Under the pieces are notes generated by a model. It saw only the letters and a program-made list of their open reading frames with translations, made no database searches and was not told the DNA's origin. From NCBI GenBank assembly GCA_001805445.1, contig MHGF01000029.1, forward strand, positions 4,270 through 68,269: a DNA stretch of 64,000 bases, in the 5' to 3' direction. The position numbers and the translations under genes were made by a program. The stretch is from Omnitrophica WOR_2 bacterium GWF2_43_52 (GTDB lineage: Bacteria > Omnitrophota > Gorgyraeia > Gygaellales > UBA12090). Positions 27,362 through 36,580 of the stretch are shown here, piece by piece; within the stretch, counting starts at the first letter, position 1; the number at the start of each line of letters is the position of its first letter.

Positions 27362-30300
27362 ATGGTACGTAAGATAATCTCAATAGTAGTAACGATAGGC
27401 TTACTCTTTAACCAAGGCGGGGTTATTTATGCCGCGGGTGAACTTAACCTTTCAAGCTATCTTAGCCAGTTGCATACGAGCCTGGTTAAGCCCGATATCT
27501 TCCGGCCGGTGCACCTGCGCTATTTCTCCTATGACAGCCTGAATAACAGCTACAAGATACTCTTGGATAAAGGAGACTACACCAAGTCACCAAGTCACCA
27601 GGACACCCCCGACGCTTCGGTCGGGGCAGGCAGGTCACCAGAAGAAGATCTCGTGCTCAAGGAAACTGCCCAGGAGTTGATGGACTACTTCCTGATAGGA
27701 GTAACTCTCCCCAATGATACTTTTTGGGTAAACCTAAGGCCTGATGCCCCGGATACCATCATAGACCCTGAGTTAGAGACAACCGATATAGGTAAGATAT
27801 TCCTTGAGGCCGACCTCCAGCTCAAGAAGGATACCGCGAGCTTTACTTCACCCCAAACCCCTGAAGGCAAACAGTATTGGGATAAACTCTATAAAAAGGC
27901 AGGGGAATTATTTGGCTCGGAGAATATTACCATACCTACCTTAACCCGCCCATGGATAGTGCCCAATGAAATCATCGTAAGAGAAACAGATGATTCGGCC
28001 TATGTGTACAAAGCAACGCTTAAGGTGTTGCTGGAAGAAGATTATCTAAAAAGCTCTCAGCCTTCAGCTCTCAGCCCTCAGCAATACAATTTTAAAGATT
28101 CAAGGTTAAAAGAGCTCAATGAATACTCTACCCAGCTTATCAGAGAAACTATAATTCCTAAGCTTACCAGAGAGGTAAACTCAAGCCAAAGGTATGCTAA
28201 GTTACGGCAGGTATACTATTCGCTGATACTTTCAAGATGGTTTAAGGCTCGTTTTAATAGTAAAGAGTCACAAGGTCACCAAGTCACAAGGTCACAAGGA
28301 GAAAATTACATTAATTTAATTGATAGGCGTAATCTCACTAACCTTACCTCAGAAGAACTATGGGATAAGATTACCTATTTTAACCAATACAAAGACTCCT
28401 TCAACAAAGGTGAATATAATATCAAGGAACCTACGTTTACTGCCTACGGCCAGAGTATCAGGAGTTATACCAGCGGGGGGATTGGCATTGGGCAAGCGAT
28501 ATTACCTTTTGAAGCTGATATGCAAGGTCAAGGCGCAGGGAGTCCAATACGGGGAGGAAGTTTTCAAGGGAATAATCCTGTTATTTCTGATGCGGTAATT
28601 GGCGCAGATGAAAAGAGTATAGTTTTAGATGAAAATCTTGAAGTTGTTGAACAGAAGCCTGTTGCCCTCGCCGCCTCGCCGGTGACTGTTGAAGATGCAG
28701 ATCAAAAGATTCTGGATATTCTTGAAGAAGAATTTATTTCAGATATTTTCCCAAAAGATGTGGTAGAGAAGTTTAAAGAATATAAAAGCATTAAAATTAG
28801 CAAATTTAGCAATATTGATAAGGATGTTGGAATGCCCCATGCAAGAAAAGATATAGAGAAATTATCCAGAATAAAAGGCTTTCTTAGGTATGTTATGAAT
28901 GAGTACACTAAAATAAAAGAAAAAGATGAGACCCGAGCGCGGGTACTCCTTAATAAGATAAAAATCTTGCAAGAATATCTAGAACAAGCATTAGGTGGAG
29001 AATTGTCAGTGCTTAAGGAATTTGCCGCTAATATTAATGCTGGAAAAATAACAGTTATTAGCGTTGCCATATTAAAGCAATGGGAAAAATTAATGGCTGA
29101 TATGCTTATTTCTGAAAGATACCACGCATTTGTTAAGCATTTGACTAAGAGAAATATAGAATTCTCTCGGGCAGGGAGCCTGATGAAGATATTGAACTTA
29201 GAAAGAGCAGGTAAGCGCGCCACGCAATTTAAAATTAAAGCTGGAGAGACTCTCGAGAAAAAATATAACCCCGGAGATAAATTTATTTTCAACGATGTTT
29301 TGCCGGATATTGCTTTAGGAATTAACTTTGGGGGGATACTTACTGATATAATAGTAAACGCTAATCCGCTCTTGTGGGGAAATGTGCTTATTCTTCCCGA
29401 TCCCAGTAAGTGCCTTAGCCAATATTTTAACAAAGAAGCAGCGATAGTAGCTCTTAATTTATTGGATAAGTTTAACAACCCGGGTTATAAACTAGGATTT
29501 AATGGCCCTGGGGCTTTTGCTTCTGTCCCTCAACTTCATCTGCAGGGATTTGATTATTTTGACAGCACTGGAGAAGATAAATTGCCCGTAGAAAACGCTG
29601 AAAAAACTTCTTTTTTCAGCAATAACAACGTATCCATTATGACTCTATCAGATTGGGCAGTCAATACCATTGTTTTAAACGGTAGTTCATTAGATTCATT
29701 AAACAAAGCGCTGGTATTACTTACCGATATATTGCATAAACGTAATCAACCGTTTAATATCGTTTTCACAAAAAATAGTGATAACAACTATGCTGTGTAT
29801 GTTTTTCCTAGAAAGCTGGAAGGCCCTGGGGGGGTTTTTGGCACAGGCGTTGCATTTTTAGAGTTAGCCGGAGCAGTATTGTTTACTAATCAGAATTTTG
29901 GCGGAGTGATGTTAAAAGATAAAGATAAAGAAAATCTTGAACAGCGCATAGCTTATCTTAAAAACATACGTCAGATAATATTTGGGGGTGGGACTATTGC
30001 AGAAGACCTCGTTCAGAGTGTTGGACTCGATTGGAAGGATGTTTCCAGCAAATTGATCGAAAATGGTTGGGCGAAGCCAAAAAATAAAACAGAAGTGACT
30101 TTAACAGCAAGTTTGGAACAGGTAAAAGACAGCATGTCAAGAGTTTTTGGTGATAAATGGGAAAAAATTATCTCAATCCTGGAGATTGATGACTTTCGTT
30201 ATGAAAATGAAAAAAACAAAGACGGTGATTATGTTTATTATGCTCGTCCCAAGAGAAGCGGTGAAAGCAAAGAAATTACCCCGTCGGATCTTAGCAATAA

Positions 30301-33300
30301 ATTTATGCACTATATTGATTTATCAAATATAGTGGAAATTCTTTATCAGAAAGCTGGGAGAGAGCCAGAGTTGAGAAAGTATTATGAGAAGATAACAAGC
30401 GAGTTTTATAAGGAAAAATCAGTAGATAATTACAAACAAGCTGAAGAAGATGATTTGCGAAAAGATATTGCCGCCGTGGGGATAGATGATGGCACATTTG
30501 AGAAAATTTTAGAAGTTTATAAAGATCAGTTAGTAAATTTATTCTCTGCCGCCTCGCCGCTGACAACGTTGAAGGAGAAGATAAGCGGGGTGTTCGAGAA
30601 AATACAGGAAAAGATAAATGACCAAGGACTCTTAAATTATAAAGAAGAATTAGCATCATTCTTGGAGAATTTAGAAAAAGATTTAGAAAGGCCGTTAAAT
30701 GAGATAGATAATGTTGTGAACGGGCAAGGCACTCTAAAAGATGCTTTTAGCGCGATTGAAAAAATATCAACTATTCTATTTAATAAGGAAGGTGAAATAG
30801 GCAGTATCCATACCGATATCAAGTCTATGATGGTAAGTTTGCACAGGTATGAACTGCCATCGCTTATGAGGCAAATTGAAAAGAGCCTTGGGCAGAGGGA
30901 AATCACCGCCTCGCCGCTGACGAAACAGACCGTAAAAGATGTACAATTTAACCCAGGAGAAAAGGTGTTCTTGCGCGCTGAGGTTAATATGCCAACCGAT
31001 GAGCAAAGAAATATCACTGACTATACGCGCCTTAAACAGGCGTTACCTACTATCAAATATTTGATAGGACAAGGAGTGAAGCTTGTTATTGCAGGACACC
31101 TGGGCCGGCCGCAGGAGGAGAAAAACAAGGATTTCAGTTTAGATATAGTAGCTCAGGCTCTACGATCTGAGTTGCCAGGAGTAACCATTACATTTGACAA
31201 GACAATCTTTACCCCTAAAGACGCGGAAGGTTTTATTAATTCCGAGATGAAAAACGGGGATATTTTACTTTTAGAAAACGTCCGGATGAATAAAGATGAA
31301 GAACAAAAAGAAGGGATTAATAGCCAATTCGCCAAAGATTTGTTTTTTGGCATAGATAAATATGTTTCAGATGCCTTTGGGGTTATGCATAGAGAAAACA
31401 ATGTTTCAATGGTTGGCGCTCCTAAGGGGATGCCGCGTGTTGCCGGGCTTTTAGTCCAGAAGGAAATAGAGTACCTGAATAAGATTTTGAATCCTGATGT
31501 GGCAATTGTCGGAGGAGCAAAAGTATCCGATAAAATTAAAATAATAGAGAAGCTTTTAGAAAAAGCGGATAAAATTCTTATTGGCGGGGCAATGACATTC
31601 GCTTTTGAAAAAGCCATGGGGAAAGATATTGGCAATTCTAAGCTTGGTAAGAATAAGGAAGAGGCAGAAAGAGAAACGCAATTTGCAAGGCAGCTTCTTG
31701 AAAAGGCGAAAGGAAAAATAATCCTTCCTTTGGATCATATAGTTGCAGATAGATTTAATAATGATGCGGAAAGAAAATCTGCGGAGTCAGGCAAGATCCC
31801 TGACGGCTGGATGGGCTTAGACATTGGCCCTGAGACTATTAAGCATTACAGAGCAATCATTGAGGAGGCGGAAACAGTTATCTGGAACGGCCCTATGGGG
31901 GTATTTGAATTTGATAATTTTGAGCAAGGCACGAGAGTAATAGCCGAGGCAATGGCAGTGGTAAAGAAAAAAGGCGGTATCGCGGTGGTAGGAGGGGGAG
32001 ATTCTGCTTTCGCGGTAGAGAAGTTTGGGCTAGCTGGTGAAATGTCACACGTATCTACAGGAGGAGGCGCGGCCTTAAAGTTTATCGAAGATGATGGCAA
32101 TTTGCCAGGAATTCTAGTGTTAAGTGATAAAGTAGAGGGCATCACCGCCGGCCTGCTGGGAGAAGAAATGTCGGGGGTGTATGGCGAGAATGCGCAGCCT
32201 TTACGCTATGTTTCTGTTGAAGATTTAACTGAGGGGGAACTTAGCTCTTTGAGAAGTTCCATCGTTGAGCGGATGACGTTGTCTGCAAGGGAAACGGATA
32301 ATACATATAAAAATGCGCGCTTTGCGGTTGAAATAGACCAAGGTAAGATTATTGTCTGGGGGAGGTTGGAATATAATGAAAAGACAAATGCAATAAGCCA
32401 GATTATCTTCCCGAACGCTCTAAACCTGAGCGAAGATAAGAAAAAAGATATAGAGGCTGCCTTTATTCAGGCATGGGATGAAGAATCGAAAATAAATGTT
32501 CTTTACACCGCCTCGCCGTTAGAATCTACTCCAGAGATATATGTGTTGGATAATCATCTATCGCTTGCAGAAGGAGCTAAAACCGGGAAGGCTAATATTG
32601 GGCTTGCTAAATCTAGCCTATACGATGGAGGAATTTTAAATCATTCTGAGGAGCGTGCCAGGCTTGAGTGGGCTATAGGGAATGTATTAGGAAGAATACT
32701 TTATTTTGGGTATGAGCGGTTTGACAGTGAACTTAACCGCATGGTTTTTGCTGATGAAGCAGTAGGAATTTGGAAAGCAACTTTAGCAACCGAAGGTATA
32801 TCCGAAACTGATTATAAAGAATATTTTGATCTTCAAAAAGAAAAGGACAAGATTAATCGTGATAATCTGCAAGATAGCGCACGCTCTATAGTGAACAGAA
32901 TAATTAATCTTCAGTTGAAAAAACTAATAGCTTCTACAAAGGGGGAAAAGGGGTATCCAGTCAAACAAGTTGTACTTTGCGTTGGTGAGGATTTAGGTCA
33001 GCGTTACGCAGGGCGGACGCAGGATGTTTTAAGGCAGGACATAAAGGAAATTTTAAAGGACATAATGAAAGAAGATGTGCAGAAATATGGGGGTATTGGT
33101 TTGAGGATAGCCTATGAGCCGCGCTGGGCAATTGGAACAGGCAAAACGCCTACATTGGAAGAGATTCAGAATGCGCATAGATTTATAAAAGATACTCTAA
33201 AAAGCGCAGGAGTACTAGGCATAGAGCTTGATGTTGATTATGGCGGAAGCTTAAACGCAAAGAACAAAGAGATATTATCTTTGCCTGACGTTGACGGTGG

Positions 33301-36229
33301 GCTTATTGGCAGTGCTGCCAAAACCGTTGAGGCAATCAAACCGGTTATAGAGGAAGCGATTATTCAAGGGGAGAAAAAGGGGAAAATCCTCAATATCGGG
33401 ATGAACTGGAAGGCTGAAAATAGAGGAACTGGTTTAGCCCCGCTGGGAAGCTTTATGGCATTTTTCAAGAGCCCTGGTTTTAATATTGTGGGTAAGCTAA
33501 GCATAGCCATTGGAACTACCCGGGTTAGAGATGTTAAAATGGCAGTATTGGGGGTTAAAGAGTATTATAAAAAAATTTACCAAGCAGCCGCCTCGCCGCT
33601 GGCGCTGGAGAATGAAGTGAAGGTGATACAGGAAGTAAGAGAAAAATTAAATGCATATCATAGCGGTACTATACTGCAATTCTCAAACGTATCGCTATCG
33701 AACCTTATAATATCAGTCACAAAGATGGCTAACGAAATTCAGCCAATGAATCGTATGGCTTTACCCGAAGAAGCACAAAAATGGTTTGGTATTGAAGCAG
33801 GGCTTGTACGGATTCAGGCCAAAGTCAGAGAAAATATGGAAGCATATAAAAAAGAGTTGGCAGCTTTTTATGCGGAAATCGGGCAGCATTCATATATTAA
33901 ATTGGATGAAGAGCAGAAATTATACTACACTAATAAATATGCCCGTGATATTGAAACGACGAATGACGTAGATGTAATTATTGAAGCGGCAGAACATGCC
34001 TATCGGCTGCGGGAGACTTATTTAGCGCAAGAGGCACAAAAAAAGATTGTTTCTCAGGGTAATACTTCCGCCGCCTCACCGTTGACGCTTAAGGAATTCT
34101 CTAAAAAGCTTGATCAGATGCCTAATAATAAAGTGTCGTCTCACGAAGCATTTTTAGAATTAATTAAGATGGCATCAGAGCTTTCAGCCCGGGAGGAGAT
34201 ACCGGAAAATATCCAAGAGAAAATATACGCGGCAGTCAGCCGTATCATGCCTGTGGCAGGTGAATATGTTGATAAAGAGCGTAAGGATATCCCCGGGCAG
34301 GCCCGTACTATAGAACCTATCCTGGCTATAATTGAAAGCGGATTAGAAAATTATATGGTTAAAGAGGATATGGGGTTTAAATTAGTGGACGCTATTGAGA
34401 AGGCCTTAACAGGGCATCTTGCCTATTCAAGGTATACACAACAGATAGATGATGTAATAACCGCAATAAAAAAAGATCATATTAAGATAGAAAAGATTCA
34501 AGAGTTTATTAAAGATTCGTTTAGCCAGTATGATGGCATTAAAGATGCGATTGATTTTAAGAGCGGAGAAATCGCGGAGTTGCTTGAGAAAAATAAAGAG
34601 GCTAATGCATTACTCGCGTCAGTAAGGCAGGCAAAGGAGATAACCGCTAAGCAAAGCGGCAATACAATCAAAGGCACGTATATAGACCAATCCCTCTTTG
34701 ACGCTATGGCTTGGGATATAATGATCCAAAGAGTAAGAATCGATAAATTAGAGGAAATTCTGGATGAACAGGTGAGCCGGACGAATCAATTTTTTACCAG
34801 TGATTCTATCAAGCTTTTCTGTAAGGAGTTTAAGGAAGCAGGCAAAACCGGGAAAAAACGCGTATTAGTTTCCAGGTTTAATGAAATCCGGGAAGAGGGC
34901 TCAAGAACCGATAGCGAATTGATCCAGCTAAGAGATTACTTAGCCGGGATTTTAGGAGTATATTATTTAAAAGCGGCTGAGGAGGTAAGAAGCAAGCTTA
35001 CGCCACAGGATACAGTAGAATATAAAGAAGCCCTTGATGCGGCAGGACAAGTTATTGATCTTCTTCTTAAAGGTAACGTAAAGGATCAGTTGTTTTCCGC
35101 GCAATTAGATACCGTTGTCAAGGCGTGGGATAGTATGCAAAAATCCCGTTCATCGTCGGCGCTTACCGCTGAAGAATTTATTCTTGCGGTAGATGCTCTT
35201 GGGAAAATGGCCAAAGAGAAGACGATCTCATATGAAACTGCTTTTGACAGAATGGTAGGAGCGGTTTCGGCTCTTGAAAAAGATGTAGTGGTTCCTTATG
35301 CTAAAATAGCCGATGAGTTGTATTCAATAATTCACAATGGGGTGGCGCTTGACCCTTATAGGTTAACTCTCTGGGAAGATGCCAAAGAAACGTTGTTAAG
35401 AAGGAAGAAATATGCCAGAGAGGGCATTCTTGATATGATTGAAAAAAGATTAGAGATATATAAGCGTGATTTAGCGCAGAAAGCGGGTAAAGATCTTAGC
35501 AAGTGGATAGGCGCGCTCACCGCTCACTTAGGCGCAGGTATCCGCGACTATAAAGAACACATAAACTCTATTAAAAGTACTGAGGATTTATTGTTGACTA
35601 AGGTTCAAGAGTTTTCTTCGGTCAATCGAGCGGTACAGAAGAAAGAATGGTCTGATGATAAAGAGAAGTATTATGAAGCTATGAAAAGGAAAGGCGTTTC
35701 TATTGACGAATTGAAAGGGAAATTGGATGAGATAGATAAATATAACGAATTCCTCTTAACAGTAGCTAAAGCGCGAGAAGCCATCTCTGCCGGCCAAAAA
35801 TCGTCTTCGTCGTCGCTTGTCGCTCAAGAGCCTGCTCAAGACTTTGCTATCCCTGAAGCCCAAAATACCTTCGGTGGTATTGATATGACCGACAGGGCGC
35901 TGCATATTAACTTTGAGCGCTGGGGAAGCCTTGCGGATATAGAGATGGAGCTGCCAAAACTCAGTCATGTGGAAGCGATTGATTTAGACAATGAATACCA
36001 GCAGATACAGGCCATGGCCTCATCCGGCATCAGGCCTTCAGATACGCGTATTTTGGAGTTTATCGCCGCCTGCTATTATAGGGAAGAATTTAGCCAAAGG
36101 CTTTCTGAAATCACCGCCTGCCTTAAAGAAGCGCATGCCTTGGATGAGCGTGAGGGAAAAGAAAGCAGCGAGACCCTGCGTTTAGCCACCTTGCTCCCTG
36201 ATGCGTTGTACGTAAATAGCCTGAATTAA
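27362..36229 (+). CDS. Giant secreted multidomain protein (~2,955 aa) containing a phosphoglycerate-kinase domain and a triosephosphate-isomerase-like domain
   Basis: RBS AGGAGG precedes the ATG at 27362. A signal peptide (MVRKIISIVVTIGLLFNQGGVIYA) is present. The PGK motifs are HLGRPQ, IVGGAKVSDKIKIIEKLLEKADKILIGGAMTFAF, GGGDS and STGGGA. The TIM motifs are AYEPRWAIGTGKTPT and YGGSLN...VDGGLIGSAA. The conserved N- and C-terminal domains are shared with the 813-aa paralog. Confidence 0.8.
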   Translation: MVRKIISIVVTIGLLFNQGGVIYAAGELNLSSYLSQLHTSLVKPDIFRPVHLRYFSYDSLNNSYKILLDKGDYTKSPSHQDTPDASVGAGRSPEEDLVLKETAQELMDYFLIGVTLPNDTFWVNLRPDAPDTIIDPELETTDIGKIFLEADLQLKKDTASFTSPQTPEGKQYWDKLYKKAGELFGSENITIPTLTRPWIVPNEIIVRETDDSAYVYKATLKVLLEEDYLKSSQPSALSPQQYNFKDSRLKELNEYSTQLIRETIIPKLTREVNSSQRYAKLRQVYYSLILSRWFKARFNSKESQGHQVTRSQGENYINLIDRRNLTNLTSEELWDKITYFNQYKDSFNKGEYNIKEPTFTAYGQSIRSYTSGGIGIGQAILPFEADMQGQGAGSPIRGGSFQGNNPVISDAVIGADEKSIVLDENLEVVEQKPVALAASPVTVEDADQKILDILEEEFISDIFPKDVVEKFKEYKSIKISKFSNIDKDVGMPHARKDIEKLSRIKGFLRYVMNEYTKIKEKDETRARVLLNKIKILQEYLEQALGGELSVLKEFAANINAGKITVISVAILKQWEKLMADMLISERYHAFVKHLTKRNIEFSRAGSLMKILNLERAGKRATQFKIKAGETLEKKYNPGDKFIFNDVLPDIALGINFGGILTDIIVNANPLLWGNVLILPDPSKCLSQYFNKEAAIVALNLLDKFNNPGYKLGFNGPGAFASVPQLHLQGFDYFDSTGEDKLPVENAEKTSFFSNNNVSIMTLSDWAVNTIVLNGSSLDSLNKALVLLTDILHKRNQPFNIVFTKNSDNNYAVYVFPRKLEGPGGVFGTGVAFLELAGAVLFTNQNFGGVMLKDKDKENLEQRIAYLKNIRQIIFGGGTIAEDLVQSVGLDWKDVSSKLIENGWAKPKNKTEVTLTASLEQVKDSMSRVFGDKWEKIISILEIDDFRYENEKNKDGDYVYYARPKRSGESKEITPSDLSNKFMHYIDLSNIVEILYQKAGREPELRKYYEKITSEFYKEKSVDNYKQAEEDDLRKDIAAVGIDDGTFEKILEVYKDQLVNLFSAASPLTTLKEKISGVFEKIQEKINDQGLLNYKEELASFLENLEKDLERPLNEIDNVVNGQGTLKDAFSAIEKISTILFNKEGEIGSIHTDIKSMMVSLHRYELPSLMRQIEKSLGQREITASPLTKQTVKDVQFNPGEKVFLRAEVNMPTDEQRNITDYTRLKQALPTIKYLIGQGVKLVIAGHLGRPQEEKNKDFSLDIVAQALRSELPGVTITFDKTIFTPKDAEGFINSEMKNGDILLLENVRMNKDEEQKEGINSQFAKDLFFGIDKYVSDAFGVMHRENNVSMVGAPKGMPRVAGLLVQKEIEYLNKILNPDVAIVGGAKVSDKIKIIEKLLEKADKILIGGAMTFAFEKAMGKDIGNSKLGKNKEEAERETQFARQLLEKAKGKIILPLDHIVADRFNNDAERKSAESGKIPDGWMGLDIGPETIKHYRAIIEEAETVIWNGPMGVFEFDNFEQGTRVIAEAMAVVKKKGGIAVVGGGDSAFAVEKFGLAGEMSHVSTGGGAALKFIEDDGNLPGILVLSDKVEGITAGLLGEEMSGVYGENAQPLRYVSVEDLTEGELSSLRSSIVERMTLSARETDNTYKNARFAVEIDQGKIIVWGRLEYNEKTNAISQIIFPNALNLSEDKKKDIEAAFIQAWDEESKINVLYTASPLESTPEIYVLDNHLSLAEGAKTGKANIGLAKSSLYDGGILNHSEERARLEWAIGNVLGRILYFGYERFDSELNRMVFADEAVGIWKATLATEGISETDYKEYFDLQKEKDKINRDNLQDSARSIVNRIINLQLKKLIASTKGEKGYPVKQVVLCVGEDLGQRYAGRTQDVLRQDIKEILKDIMKEDVQKYGGIGLRIAYEPRWAIGTGKTPTLEEIQNAHRFIKDTLKSAGVLGIELDVDYGGSLNAKNKEILSLPDVDGGLIGSAAKTVEAIKPVIEEAIIQGEKKGKILNIGMNWKAENRGTGLAPLGSFMAFFKSPGFNIVGKLSIAIGTTRVRDVKMAVLGVKEYYKKIYQAAASPLALENEVKVIQEVREKLNAYHSGTILQFSNVSLSNLIISVTKMANEIQPMNRMALPEEAQKWFGIEAGLVRIQAKVRENMEAYKKELAAFYAEIGQHSYIKLDEEQKLYYTNKYARDIETTNDVDVIIEAAEHAYRLRETYLAQEAQKKIVSQGNTSAASPLTLKEFSKKLDQMPNNKVSSHEAFLELIKMASELSAREEIPENIQEKIYAAVSRIMPVAGEYVDKERKDIPGQARTIEPILAIIESGLENYMVKEDMGFKLVDAIEKALTGHLAYSRYTQQIDDVITAIKKDHIKIEKIQEFIKDSFSQYDGIKDAIDFKSGEIAELLEKNKEANALLASVRQAKEITAKQSGNTIKGTYIDQSLFDAMAWDIMIQRVRIDKLEEILDEQVSRTNQFFTSDSIKLFCKEFKEAGKTGKKRVLVSRFNEIREEGSRTDSELIQLRDYLAGILGVYYLKAAEEVRSKLTPQDTVEYKEALDAAGQVIDLLLKGNVKDQLFSAQLDTVVKAWDSMQKSRSSSALTAEEFILAVDALGKMAKEKTISYETAFDRMVGAVSALEKDVVVPYAKIADELYSIIHNGVALDPYRLTLWEDAKETLLRRKKYAREGILDMIEKRLEIYKRDLAQKAGKDLSKWIGALTAHLGAGIRDYKEHINSIKSTEDLLLTKVQEFSSVNRAVQKKEWSDDKEKYYEAMKRKGVSIDELKGKLDEIDKYNEFLLTVAKAREAISAGQKSSSSSLVAQEPAQDFAIPEAQNTFGGIDMTDRALHINFERWGSLADIEMELPKLSHVEAIDLDNEYQQIQAMASSGIRPSDTRILEFIAACYYREEFSQRLSEITACLKEAHALDEREGKESSETLRLATLLPDALYVNSLN

Positions 36230-36239
36230 CCGATAGCTA

Positions 36240-36385
36240 CCAATGCCCGCCAATGCCAGGCATAGTCAAGTAAGAATTGTTAATGCCTGGTATCTTAGTG
36301 TTATCAGTGCCAGACATATACAACGCGTAAACAACTTGCCTATGCCTGGCACTGTCTATTTATAGATGCCAGGCATTGCTCTTTT
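36240..36385. repeat. Dispersed copies of the palindromic motif (A)TGCCAGGCAT downstream of the giant gene
   Basis: aatgccaggcat, aatgcctggtat, agtgccagacat, atgcctggcact and atgccaggcatt, spaced about 25-30 nt apart. Confidence 0.5.
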
Positions 36386-36403
36386 TTTAGCAGAAAAAAT
36401 ATT

Positions 36404-36436
36404 TGACAAAAGAAGAAAATATGTTACATTATAGGC
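36404..36436 (+). promoter_or_regulatory. Candidate sigma-70 promoter for the ATP synthase operon
   Basis: ttgaca-N16-tacatt, about 150 nt upstream of the first atp gene. Confidence 0.3.
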
Positions 36437-36580
36437 ACGTTATGAGGCTATAAAGACAAGGGTGTCTAAAAAGGCTATGTGTGCCTTAAAAGCTAAACCT
36501 AAAGTTTAGTACCCCGCACCCGTAATAGTAGTAATCCCAAAAGGTTACACTTCTGCTTTAATACTTAACAGGCGAGGCAT

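Noticed and set aside
28702-29478. 258-aa minus-strand ORF inside the giant gene
   Set aside because: It is embedded antisense within a strongly supported + strand coding region, its translation is low complexity, and nothing upstream of it looks like a promoter or RBS. It is most likely a spurious ORF.
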